64,000 nt of DNA from an uncultured virus (IMG/VR IMGVR_UViG_3300000302_000058). Taxonomy: Duplodnaviria; Heunggongvirae; Uroviricota; Caudoviricetes. Location: the IMG/VR virus record IMGVR_UViG_3300000302_000058; one strand, 5' to 3'. Below, piece after piece: positions 29,300 to 38,183 of this stretch. Numbering within the stretch: the first letter of the stretch is position 1; the number at the start of each line of letters is the position of its first letter. Both the position numbers and the translations under genes were made by a program. Under the pieces are notes generated by a model. The model had not been told where the DNA came from and searched no databases. It was given only the letters and a program-made list of their open reading frames with translations.

Positions 29300-30883
29300 A
29301 TGGCGAAAGTACGTTTTATACGCGATACAGAGGAGTCTATTCTTGGCGCTTCTCCTGCGGATGGTACTATTTATGTATCTACTGATACGAATAATATTTA
29401 CATTGGCACGGCAGATGGCTTTGAAAGACTCACAAAAGGATATACCCTTTCCAAAAGTGGAAATTCAATTACCCTAACTGATAATGAGGGGCATCAAACT
29501 ACTGTAACAGATGCCGATACAAAATATAGTAACGCCACTGGCTCTACCGCAGGTCTTATGTCCGCAAGTGATAAGACTAAATTAGATAATTTAGATTCTA
29601 CCATCAGTGCGGCTATTGGAGAAGAAGCGTCTACACGTCAAAAACAAGACCAGCTACTTGAACAGGCTATTGAAGATAAGCTTGGCGCGGATGATATTAT
29701 AGCAGGCAGCAACGTCCAAGTCAATCATGATGATGAATCTGGTCACGTTACAATCTCTGCTACGGTTCCAGAAGTAACGCTTGCTTCCCTCGGAGTCACT
29801 GCTACTGCCCAAGAACTAAACTACACCGATGGCGTTACATCTAATATCCAGACACAGTTAAATGGAAAGGCTGCGGCTTCACACACGCACGATGATAGAT
29901 ATTATACAGAAAGTGAAACAGATGACCTGCTTGCGGCCAAAGCCAATACAAGTCACACTCACTCTGCTGACAATATCACGTCTGGTACTTTAGCGCTTGA
30001 CCGCATCCCTACAATCACTGATGCTAAGATTCAGGGAATGAGCGCAAGTAAGCTTACTGGCACTATCCCGCAAGCGAATCTTCCTAGCTATGTTGATGAT
30101 GTACTAGAATATAATGGACAATCTAATTTCCCAGAAGAGGGCGAATCTGGAAAGATTTACGTAGATACCTCAACCAACCGCACATATCGTTGGGGCGGTT
30201 CTTCTTACGTTGAGATTTCTTCTTCTTTAGCTCTTGGAACAACTTCTAGTACAGCTTTCCGGGGAGATTATGGTAATACTGCTTATCAGCACGCAACCGC
30301 AAAAGGTTCTGCTTTTGCAAGTGGTCTATATAAGATTACTACTAATGAACAAGGTCACGTAACCGCTGCGACTGCTGTTACAAAGAACGACATTACGGCT
30401 CTTGGAATTCCCGGTAGTGACACTAATACTAATACTACTTATACGCTTTCCAAGAGTGGCTCAACAATTACTCTTGAAGGTAGCGATGGTAGCAGCTCAG
30501 AAGTAACTGATGCTAATACAACCTACACTCTATCTTCTTTTGATATTACCGCCACTGCAACTGAATTAAACTATATGGATGGAGTAACCAGTAATGTTCA
30601 GACGCAGTTGAATGGCAAGGCTGCGAGTAATCACAGCCACTCTACGGCTACTACGTCTGCGGCTGGATTCTTGCGTCAGTTAAATGGTAACACTTCTAAC
30701 TTTCTTCGCGGAGACGGTACTTGGGCAACTCCAACCATAACTATAGCAGACGGCTCTATTACCACAGCGAAACTTGCTTCTGACGCTGTTACTTTAGCAA
30801 AACTTGGGTCTGACGTTGGCACTATTGCCGTTCAATCTGGAACTCCAAGTGATACTAATGTAAAGCTTTGGATTCAGATTTAG
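29300..30883 (+). CDS. Tail fibre protein
   Basis: AGLMSASDKTKLD, ELNY.DGVTSN.QTQLNGKA twice, LPSYVDDVLEY, C-terminal VGTIAVQSGTP...LWIQI. Confidence 0.75.
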   Translation: MAKVRFIRDTEESILGASPADGTIYVSTDTNNIYIGTADGFERLTKGYTLSKSGNSITLTDNEGHQTTVTDADTKYSNATGSTAGLMSASDKTKLDNLDSTISAAIGEEASTRQKQDQLLEQAIEDKLGADDIIAGSNVQVNHDDESGHVTISATVPEVTLASLGVTATAQELNYTDGVTSNIQTQLNGKAAASHTHDDRYYTESETDDLLAAKANTSHTHSADNITSGTLALDRIPTITDAKIQGMSASKLTGTIPQANLPSYVDDVLEYNGQSNFPEEGESGKIYVDTSTNRTYRWGGSSYVEISSSLALGTTSSTAFRGDYGNTAYQHATAKGSAFASGLYKITTNEQGHVTAATAVTKNDITALGIPGSDTNTNTTYTLSKSGSTITLEGSDGSSSEVTDANTTYTLSSFDITATATELNYMDGVTSNVQTQLNGKAASNHSHSTATTSAAGFLRQLNGNTSNFLRGDGTWATPTITIADGSITTAKLASDAVTLAKLGSDVGTIAVQSGTPSDTNVKLWIQI

Positions 30884-30889
30884 ACTATG

Positions 30890-30923
30890 GGCGTATCAGA
30901 ATAAATCTGATACGCCTTTTTTT
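30890..30923 (+). terminator. Terminator hairpin overlapping the phage promoter motif
   Basis: ggcgtatcaga / tctgatacgcc plus T7. Confidence 0.8.
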
Positions 30924-31103
30924 ATTATATATAGTACTCACGTCTCCAAGGCGGTATGTGCGTAGACAAATAGCGATACTCCGCCCGAGAAAAATTTTTT
31001 GTAAATGTTACTAGCGGTTCTTCAAAAAGTGTTTATTACCAAGCCGCTTAGGGTATATACCATATGTTAGACTAATTGTCAAAGAGAGAAAAAGGAGTGA
31101 AGT

Positions 31104-32150
31104 ATGCGTATTCTTGATGAGCAAGACCAAGAGATGCAGTTAGAAGATTGCGATTTAACTCTCGGTTATTTAACCGCAGATAAGCACTTTGTTAAACATC
31201 ATGAAGCACAAAAAGCTGTAGCAGAACAAGGACACTATTATCCTAAAACTTTTTATTTTATGGATGGTACTCAATACGATGTTGCCACCGAAAATGAAGA
31301 TGACCCGAACGTAATCCCTAATGAAGACGGAGTGAGTTTTGATTTAATTCGCACGGAAAGCGATGAAGATAAAACTATTAAAGGTTGCGATGTTCGATAT
31401 GTCATCGACGTTGAAAAACAAGATGCTAAAGAAGCTTATGATGAATATGAGGATATTGAACGTTATAGGCTTTATACGGAAGAAGAGCTGCGCGGAATGG
31501 CTATTGAGCAAGCAACCGCGCAGCGCCAAGAGCTTATTTCTGTTCAGAGTGTTGCTTTAATGAACTATATGATACAGCCTATGTCTTTAGAAATGACTGA
31601 TGAGCAAGTACAAGCTTTTGATATGATTATGCCTGATTTTGAACAAGGCCAAGCTTATGATAATAAAGCTGTAGTTAGGTACAAAGGAGCTTTATATCGT
31701 GCTATTCAAGCTGTCCCCACGAGTGTCACTCAGACATATACTCCTGACCAAGCTAATTCCTATTGGAAGCGTATTGGTGAACCAAATGAAGAAGGTATTT
31801 ATCCTTGGTCACAGCCATATGGAGCAACAGATTGTTATCAGATTGGCGATAAGGTCACTTATCAAGGCAGGACATATGAAAGCATTATTGCTAATAACGT
31901 TTGGTCCCCTACCGCCTATCCTGCCGGTTGGAAGGACATTACTTCTGCTATGGAAGAAACTGACCCAGATACCCCATCTGGTTCTGAGGAAGATTCCTAC
32001 GACGAATGGAAGCAGCCTACAGGTGGACATGACGCTTACAATATTGGTGACCGAGTAATGTTTGAAGGTAGAGTATATGAATCTGTAATCAATGCAAATA
32101 CTTGGTCCCCAACTACTTATCCTGCTGGTTGGAAAGAAATTGTAGAGTAA
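31104..32150 (+). CDS. Protein with tandem CBM5/12-like (chitin-binding type 3) domains
   Basis: W.QP.G..D.Y.IGD.V...GR.YES.I..N.WSP..YPAGW twice, plus a degenerate copy. Confidence 0.7.
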   Translation: MRILDEQDQEMQLEDCDLTLGYLTADKHFVKHHEAQKAVAEQGHYYPKTFYFMDGTQYDVATENEDDPNVIPNEDGVSFDLIRTESDEDKTIKGCDVRYVIDVEKQDAKEAYDEYEDIERYRLYTEEELRGMAIEQATAQRQELISVQSVALMNYMIQPMSLEMTDEQVQAFDMIMPDFEQGQAYDNKAVVRYKGALYRAIQAVPTSVTQTYTPDQANSYWKRIGEPNEEGIYPWSQPYGATDCYQIGDKVTYQGRTYESIIANNVWSPTAYPAGWKDITSAMEETDPDTPSGSEEDSYDEWKQPTGGHDAYNIGDRVMFEGRVYESVINANTWSPTTYPAGWKEIVE

Positions 32151-32161
32151 AGGAGTAAAAA

Positions 32162-32494
32162 ATGGATTTAGTTGCTGAATTAACTGGAATGCTTAATATT
32201 CCTATTCTTATTCTAGGTTTATTAATTGGTTTTGTGCTAAAGCATCTTGTTTCAGATGAAATTTTTCAAAATAAATACATTCCAGTAGTAAACGTTTTAG
32301 TAGGTGCGGTTATCGGAGTAATTCTTGTTGTAACTAGCGGAGCGGTTTTAACTGCTGAAACATTACTTCTTGCGGTTATTTCTGGTGCAGTTTCTTGTGT
32401 TGCAAGTTGCGGTGTATACGATACTTTTGCGGCTTTCATTGAAGGCGGCGAAAAGGATGGTTCTCTTTTTGACGATTTAGAAGATTTTGAATAA
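32162..32494 (+). CDS. Holin
   Basis: 110 aa, three hydrophobic segments, NKYIP motif, upstream of endolysin. Confidence 0.75.
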   Translation: MDLVAELTGMLNIPILILGLLIGFVLKHLVSDEIFQNKYIPVVNVLVGAVIGVILVVTSGAVLTAETLLLAVISGAVSCVASCGVYDTFAAFIEGGEKDGSLFDDLEDFE

Positions 32495-32510
32495 GAAAGG
32501 TCGTTAAGAT

Positions 32511-32606
32511 ATGGCAGAGCTTACAGAAGATTTAAAGAAAGAAATTGAAGCACAAGATTCTGACGGTCCAGCTAATGTCGCAGAAGTGGAGGATATTGAG
32601 TATTAA
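32511..32606 (+). CDS. 31-aa acidic peptide coupled to endolysin
   Basis: SD gaaagg, MAELTEDLKKEIEAQDSDGPANVAEVEDIEY*, TAATG overlap. Confidence 0.55.
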   Translation: MAELTEDLKKEIEAQDSDGPANVAEVEDIEY

Positions 32607-34609
32607 TGGCTACTGCAACTGATGTACTGAATCGTGCTGCTAAAGAAATTGGCTATAGTCGATGGAATGACCCTAAAACTGGTACTATTTATGGTCGATG
32701 GTATGCTAAAGAAGTAGGCGATTCTTATTTTGGACAAAATGGCGTCCCTTATTGCGCTATGTTTGTCTCTTATATTTTAGATAAGTGCGGACAAAAGGTC
32801 AAAGGTTTTCCAACCGCTTCTTGCCCTTCTGGTCTATCTGGCGCTAGGAATGCGGGATTGAAAATTTCTAACAAGAAAAACGCTAAGGCTGGCGATATCG
32901 TATTCTTTGATTGGAATAATAATAATAGTCCAGACCACGTAGGTTTTGTTGAAAAGAATTATGGTTCTTATATTCAAACTATCGAAGGCAATACCTCTAG
33001 TGGTACTAGCGGTTCTCAATCTAACGGAGGTGGCGTCTATCGCCGCACTCGTGCATGGAGCGATGTATTAGCTATCGTGCGTCCTCAATACAGTTCTAGT
33101 TCTTCTTCTAATTCTTCTAGTTCTGATTTAGAAAAGATTGAAGAAGATGGTATTTGGGGTGCAGCTACTACCCGACTTGCTCAAGCTCTAGAAGGCATTA
33201 CTGTTAGTGGAAAAGTCTATAATCAACCTTCTGTTAACAAGAAATGTTTTGAAGATGGTCAATGCAATTCTTTTGAATTCGAATCAAATCCAAAAGACGG
33301 AGGTTCTTTATTGGTGCGTCGCATTCAAAACGACCTTGGTTGGGCATGGGATGAGTGCGATGGCTATTTCGGACCTGACACTATAAAGAAATTTATTCAA
33401 AAATGGAATCCTAATTCTAAAACAACTGACCAATTATTCTATCCTAGTGGTGCAGTTAAGGCTTTCCAGAAACATCTAAATTCTTTAGTGGGCAATGGAA
33501 ATTCTACTTCTGGTTCTACATCTAATACTACTAAACCTAGCACTAAGCCAGATAAAGATGAAGCAGAATATTTAAGTGGTATTGATATTTCTGGTTGGCA
33601 AGAAGGTATTAATCTTGCTAAAGTGCCCTGTGATTTTGTAATCTGTAAAGCAACTCAAGGCACTTCTTATGTTTCTTCTGATATGACTCGTCAAGTCGAA
33701 CAAGCTATTAAAGAAGGCAAGTTATTTGGTACTTATCATTATATCAGTGGTGGAAATGCCACCGGTGAAGCTGATTACTATATTAAGAAGGTTAAGAAGT
33801 GGATTGGCAAGGGTATTCTTTGTCTTGACTGGGAATCCAATCAAAATAGCGCTTGGGGTAATGAATCTTATTTGAAAAAAGTCGCTGAACGAGTTATTGA
33901 TAAAACAGGTGTACATCCGTTAATTTATGTGCAACAGTCTCGTTTATCTGCGGTCAAGCCCATAGCAAAAGAACTTAATTGCGGACTTTGGGTAGCTCAA
34001 TACGCCAGTATGAGTTCTACCGGTTATCAATCTAAGCCTTGGAATGAAGGAGCCTACACTTGCGCTATTCGTCAGTATACTTCTTCCGGTAAACTTAATG
34101 GTTGGTCTGGTGCTCTTGACCTTAATAAATTCTATGGCGGCAGCACCGCATGGAAGAAATATGCGGCTGTAAATGGTAAAGTTGAAGAAGATGAAACAAA
34201 GCCTTCTACTACCTATTGGCAAATAGATGAAGATGGTATTTTTGGTGAAGAAACTTGCGCTTTAGCTCAAGCCGTTGAGGACATTGTAGTTTCAGGTAAA
34301 ATTTATAATCAACCAAAAGGCAATAAAAAATATTTTGAAGATGAACAATGCTGGTGTTTCGACTATAAATCTAATCCGAAAGATGGCGGTTCACTACTTG
34401 TACGTCGTATTCAAAACGATTGCGGTCTTGCATGGAAAGACTGTGATGGCTATTGGGGACCGGATACGAACAAACGTTTCATTAAGAAATGGGTAACTAA
34501 TCCTGCTAATACTTCTGTTTTACCTTACCCGTCAACAGCGGTTAAAAATTACCAGAAATATTTAAACAAACAGGCAAAAGCTAAGAAAATCAAAAAACAA
34601 TCTTGGTAA
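32606..34609 (+). CDS. Endolysin: CHAP + GH25 muramidase + duplicated cell-wall-binding domain
   Basis: PYCAMFVS...HVGFV...TIEGNT (CHAP); GIDISGWQ...KATQG...LDWE...RQYTS (GH25). Confidence 0.85.
   Translation: MATATDVLNRAAKEIGYSRWNDPKTGTIYGRWYAKEVGDSYFGQNGVPYCAMFVSYILDKCGQKVKGFPTASCPSGLSGARNAGLKISNKKNAKAGDIVFFDWNNNNSPDHVGFVEKNYGSYIQTIEGNTSSGTSGSQSNGGGVYRRTRAWSDVLAIVRPQYSSSSSSNSSSSDLEKIEEDGIWGAATTRLAQALEGITVSGKVYNQPSVNKKCFEDGQCNSFEFESNPKDGGSLLVRRIQNDLGWAWDECDGYFGPDTIKKFIQKWNPNSKTTDQLFYPSGAVKAFQKHLNSLVGNGNSTSGSTSNTTKPSTKPDKDEAEYLSGIDISGWQEGINLAKVPCDFVICKATQGTSYVSSDMTRQVEQAIKEGKLFGTYHYISGGNATGEADYYIKKVKKWIGKGILCLDWESNQNSAWGNESYLKKVAERVIDKTGVHPLIYVQQSRLSAVKPIAKELNCGLWVAQYASMSSTGYQSKPWNEGAYTCAIRQYTSSGKLNGWSGALDLNKFYGGSTAWKKYAAVNGKVEEDETKPSTTYWQIDEDGIFGEETCALAQAVEDIVVSGKIYNQPKGNKKYFEDEQCWCFDYKSNPKDGGSLLVRRIQNDCGLAWKDCDGYWGPDTNKRFIKKWVTNPANTSVLPYPSTAVKNYQKYLNKQAKAKKIKKQSW
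33135..34566 (+). repeat. Duplicated ~115-aa domain in endolysin (about 33135-33483 and 34220-34566)
   Basis: EDGI.G..T...SNPKDGGSLLVRRIQND...CDGY.GPDT in both copies. Confidence 0.85.
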
Positions 34610-34611
34610 AT

Positions 34612-34653
34612 AAAAAAGGGGTATCCTCGTAATGAGGGTACCCCTATTTTTTT
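34612..34653. terminator. Bidirectional terminator between the convergent arms
   Basis: A6-ggggtatcctc / gagggtacccc-T-run. Confidence 0.8.
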
Positions 34654-35144
34654 ATATCTTCTCCAAAAGCGATTTGCGGTTTGGTACTTTGAATGATGCC
34701 CGCTTTTCCTAAGCAAATAGCGTCGGCAATATCGCTAGATACTTCAATATTGTACCATTTTTTTACCAGCTCAATAGCGTGTCTTTTTTGTTCGGCGCGT
34801 TTGCGTCCAAAATTTCCTCCCAATATTTTGCGCCAATGAGATGGAGATAAAATCTCGTATGACATATCCATATGGCCGCACCACAAGATAATTGCGGCTT
34901 GCGCATATGCTAAATGTTTATACGTTAAAGCATTACCGGCTTGCAATTGGATATCTTCAAAATAAATTTTTTCGAATTCATATTCATGATATAAATCCGT
35001 TAAATGCTTGTAGATATCTAGTAATCGTAATTCCATAGGTAAAGTTTTTGATACGGTAAAAGTATTGGCCGCAACCAATGTTTTATTATCAAAAACTGCA
35101 TAGCCGCTAACATTCAACGCTTGGTCAATTGCAATACTTATCAT
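34644..35144 (-). CDS. RuvC-like Holliday junction resolvase
   Basis: IAIDQA...SGYA, IYFED, DIADAI acidic motifs. Confidence 0.75.
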   Translation of the reverse strand: MISIAIDQALNVSGYAVFDNKTLVAANTFTVSKTLPMELRLLDIYKHLTDLYHEYEFEKIYFEDIQLQAGNALTYKHLAYAQAAIILWCGHMDMSYEILSPSHWRKILGGNFGRKRAEQKRHAIELVKKWYNIEVSSDIADAICLGKAGIIQSTKPQIAFGEDIKK

Positions 35145-36124
35145 GGCGTTACAATTAAATCTTCTGCTTGAGAGGCTACAGAAGGTTGTTGAGGATATTG
35201 GTAAATACCAGCCGCATTTTTAAACATTTCAGCAGCGTTATTAAAAAGCTTTGCAAAAAGAACTGTTGTTGTTACTTTTCCAACACCGCCGACAACCGGA
35301 GTGATATAATTGTCGCCCCAACTACTGCTAGGTAAACTATCGAACCATCCTCTGTCAATATCTCCGCAAAGTTTACCATTTTCGTCTACATTCATACCTA
35401 CATCAATATAGCATCTTGTATCAAACTCGCTGTGATATAGTTTATTATCTTCGTTCCAAAAATTAGGTTTTCCAATAGCGCTAACGATATAATTATAGTC
35501 GCTATCATAGATAGTTGAATAAAGTGTCTTACTATGTGCTAAAGTAACGGTCATATTTTGCTGTGTTAAAATTTCCGCAAGAGGGCGACCAACTCGAATA
35601 GAGCGACCGATAATTAAGCAGGTATTATTCGTAAAGTCTTTGTCTTCCGGTTGTGTCTTTTTACGAAATGCTTCCATAATTTTGAAACAAGCGGTAGCCG
35701 TACAAGGAGCATTGCGATAAGCAATAGTAGAATTATTATCTATTAATCGCCCAATACTAGAATATGATAGTCCGTCAATATCGAGTCGAGAAGGAATGAG
35801 GTCATATAGCGCGCGATTCATCACACTACCATAATCTGAAATAAGAATAATACCATGAATAGTCGGGTCTTTAGATAAAATAGAAATAAATTGAGCCGCT
35901 TCGTTAACATTATGCGTGATATAATCATTAACTACAGCTCCATATTTCATACCAGTAGCGCGCAAACTAGAGAGATAAGATGCTGAACCTTTGTCTAAGT
36001 CCTCTTGGTGAATGACTGCCAGTGTTGGTCCCAAAGCCGCATATGGTTTAATAGCATCGTTTTCTAGTTGGGAAACTACTGTTTGAATTAATTCATCAGT
36101 AATTTTGTCGTTCAAGTATATCAC
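35141..36124 (-). CDS. folD: FolD-like methylene-THF dehydrogenase/cyclohydrolase (divergent)
   Basis: DIDG, PCT, IIGRS..VGRP, IDVG, GKLCGD, ITPV.GGVG motifs. Confidence 0.8.
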   Translation of the reverse strand: MIYLNDKITDELIQTVVSQLENDAIKPYAALGPTLAVIHQEDLDKGSASYLSSLRATGMKYGAVVNDYITHNVNEAAQFISILSKDPTIHGIILISDYGSVMNRALYDLIPSRLDIDGLSYSSIGRLIDNNSTIAYRNAPCTATACFKIMEAFRKKTQPEDKDFTNNTCLIIGRSIRVGRPLAEILTQQNMTVTLAHSKTLYSTIYDSDYNYIVSAIGKPNFWNEDNKLYHSEFDTRCYIDVGMNVDENGKLCGDIDRGWFDSLPSSSWGDNYITPVVGGVGKVTTTVLFAKLFNNAAEMFKNAAGIYQYPQQPSVASQAEDLIVTP

Positions 36125-36642
36125 GCTCCAGAAGTTCCAAATCCGCCACGGTCAGTGTTGCCTAGCGTTGAAACTTCTTCAAATTCGAGGGGTGGTTGAT
36201 TCGTTTGAATTCTAAACTGGCATAGACGAGTACCTTTTGGAATGCTTACGTCACGAGTAGCGTAAGCAGGGAATTTCCACTCGTCACCATCGCCGCAAAA
36301 GCTGTGGTCAAACACACCGATTGAATTAGCCTGTAGAAGACCCCAACGCTTAAAAGTAGAAGAACGAGGAGCCATGATAGCCTCGTAACCTACTGGTAGC
36401 TCCATTGCTACTCCCAGCGGGATATACATAAAATCTCCGGCTTTCATAATAATATCTTTATAAACGTAAAGGTCACACCAATCGCCACGTTCATTCATAA
36501 CAAGGTGCGGCGAACCGGGATAATATTTAATACGGATGACTTCAGTAAGATAATCGTTCAAGAATCTCCAATCTTTGTCGCTTACATAAATAATGTTGCG
36601 GGAAAAATCCTCTTTAGTCCAGTGTGGAATCTCGCCGTACAT
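36121..36642 (-). CDS. dut: Trimeric dUTPase
   Basis: APRSS, GVFDHSFCG, RGGFGTSG motifs. Confidence 0.85.
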   Translation of the reverse strand: MYGEIPHWTKEDFSRNIIYVSDKDWRFLNDYLTEVIRIKYYPGSPHLVMNERGDWCDLYVYKDIIMKAGDFMYIPLGVAMELPVGYEAIMAPRSSTFKRWGLLQANSIGVFDHSFCGDGDEWKFPAYATRDVSIPKGTRLCQFRIQTNQPPLEFEEVSTLGNTDRGGFGTSGA

Positions 36643-36892
36643 AGTTCACTGTTTCCATTGGAATACCTTCTGGCTCCTTGGCATCGTCAAAAACTTTGGT
36701 TGCTTTGACAATAAAATAGCTATCAACTACTTCTTTACCTTCTTTAATTGGCTTTTCAGTATAGGCAAAAGCTGTGAGTTGATATCCTTGGTCAATTGCG
36801 TCCTGTTGAAGTTTTTTGTGGAATGATTCTACAGTAACGAGGTCGGAAAGCCAATACTCTTCTGTGGTCTTAAGGAGAAACTTTGAAACCAT
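36614..36892 (-). CDS. Hypothetical protein
   Basis: 92 aa, overlap-coupled operon member. Confidence 0.65.
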   Translation of the reverse strand: MVSKFLLKTTEEYWLSDLVTVESFHKKLQQDAIDQGYQLTAFAYTEKPIKEGKEVVDSYFIVKATKVFDDAKEPEGIPMETVNYVRRDSTLD

Positions 36893-37167
36893 TATGCACC
36901 TGCCTTTTCAGTTGTAACCTCTAGTTCTGGGAAAGCTTCTGCAATATCAGAAGCAATTTTTTCGATATACCCTGTGGGGCCATAAATACAACAATCTTTA
37001 ATATCACCCTCGCCAAACTCCCCTAGAGCCTGCTCAATGGCGGGCATAAGCTGAGGAAGAAAAGCATAGTCTCGATAAACCTCAGCTGCATCTACTTCTT
37101 CTGTCTCTTGACCTACCATAATAACCGTTGCTGCTTCAGGCCAAGCCGCAATAATTAGATGATACAA
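36892..37167 (-). CDS. Hypothetical protein
   Basis: SD aaggagg, TTG start. Confidence 0.65.
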   Translation of the reverse strand: MYHLIIAAWPEAATVIMVGQETEEVDAAEVYRDYAFLPQLMPAIEQALGEFGEGDIKDCCIYGPTGYIEKIASDIAEAFPELEVTTEKAGA

Positions 37168-37176
37168 TTGTCCTCC

Positions 37177-37494
37177 TTAAATCTCGATACTGTTGTTAGA
37201 AGTGTAATAAAGGGTATATTCTCTTACAATGTTGTAACCAGAATCATCCTTATCTTCTTTCACAATATAAATATAATAACAATCGTTTGCATGGTCGTAT
37301 TGGATATCATCTATTATACCCAAAAATTGAAGATAACTTACAATTTTCTCTCGTGCAGAATTATAATTAAAACTATTAACTTTGATTATTCTAGACTCTT
37401 GCAGCTCGGGAGATTGAAGTATAAAATCGCCGCAGGGTTTAGAAGATAGCCAGAGCGTAATATTAGTTAGCATATGTTCAATATCTGGTGCCAT
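37177..37494 (-). CDS. Hypothetical protein
   Basis: SD aaaggag, downstream of a sigma70-type promoter. Confidence 0.65.
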   Translation of the reverse strand: MAPDIEHMLTNITLWLSSKPCGDFILQSPELQESRIIKVNSFNYNSAREKIVSYLQFLGIIDDIQYDHANDCYYIYIVKEDKDDSGYNIVREYTLYYTSNNSIEI

Positions 37495-37517
37495 TGTGCT
37501 CCTTTCGTTCTATGAAT

Positions 37518-37546
37518 ATTTTAGCATATATTTTTGAAAGAGTCAA
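37518..37546 (-). promoter_or_regulatory. Sigma70-type promoter
   Basis: TTGACT-17-TAAAAT with extended TG. Confidence 0.65.
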
Positions 37547-37549
37547 GAT

Positions 37550-37603
37550 AAAAAAATAGCCACAACTATCTACTTCTATATTCAGTTGTAGGTAGTTGTG
37601 GCT
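37550..37603 (-). terminator. Terminator after nrdG
   Basis: agccacaactatctac / gtaggtagttgtggct stem with T-runs. Confidence 0.7.
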
Positions 37604-37608
37604 TATTT

Positions 37609-38181
37609 TTATTTACAATATAGGACAGGATGTTGGCCTAAACCACGTTCTAGTGTAGTTTGTACAGATATGACTCTTTGATTTGCCGAACCACGCCACT
37701 TAAGGGTAATGTCTTTTTGCTCTTGGATAAACGGTCCATCTACAAGTATATCAATATTCTCCAATAGCTCAGATAAATAATATTTGTGGCGATTGTCCCA
37801 CCACTCGTTCTTAGAAAGTCGATATACTTCATCGTCATAGGCAAGCGAATAAATCTTTTCCCACGTATAACCAGACCAAAGCCAAATTTTCTTTTGCGAC
37901 CAAAGTTGTTTGACATGTCTGCATAAATGAGCTAAATCCATAATGTTTTGCTCTTGGAGTGGTTCGCCGCCAATAATAGCTAGATGATTAATGTATTCTT
38001 TATTCAGAAGATTAATAATCATAGCTTCTTCTTTAGAGGTATATCTTTTGCCGAAGGTTGGATTCTGAGCTTCTGGATTAAAACACCCCGGACACTTGAT
38101 AGGGCAGCCTGAGACGCACAGTGTTACTCCAACGCCCTCTCCATTTTGCAGGTCGGCATCGTAAATAGCATTAATATACAT
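37609..38181 (-). CDS. nrdG: Anaerobic RNR activase (radical SAM)
   Basis: NGEG...SGCPIKCPGCFN, GGEPL, DILVDGPF, RGSANQR. Confidence 0.9.
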   Translation of the reverse strand: MYINAIYDADLQNGEGVGVTLCVSGCPIKCPGCFNPEAQNPTFGKRYTSKEEAMIINLLNKEYINHLAIIGGEPLQEQNIMDLAHLCRHVKQLWSQKKIWLWSGYTWEKIYSLAYDDEVYRLSKNEWWDNRHKYYLSELLENIDILVDGPFIQEQKDITLKWRGSANQRVISVQTTLERGLGQHPVLYCK

Positions 38182-38183
38182 TT

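Noticed and set aside
30923..30975. Minus-strand TGGAGACGT (W-R-R) resembling the tip-gene ends, just after the second fibre
   Set aside because: Only about 10 nt match and the surrounding translation does not resemble the family; likely chance.
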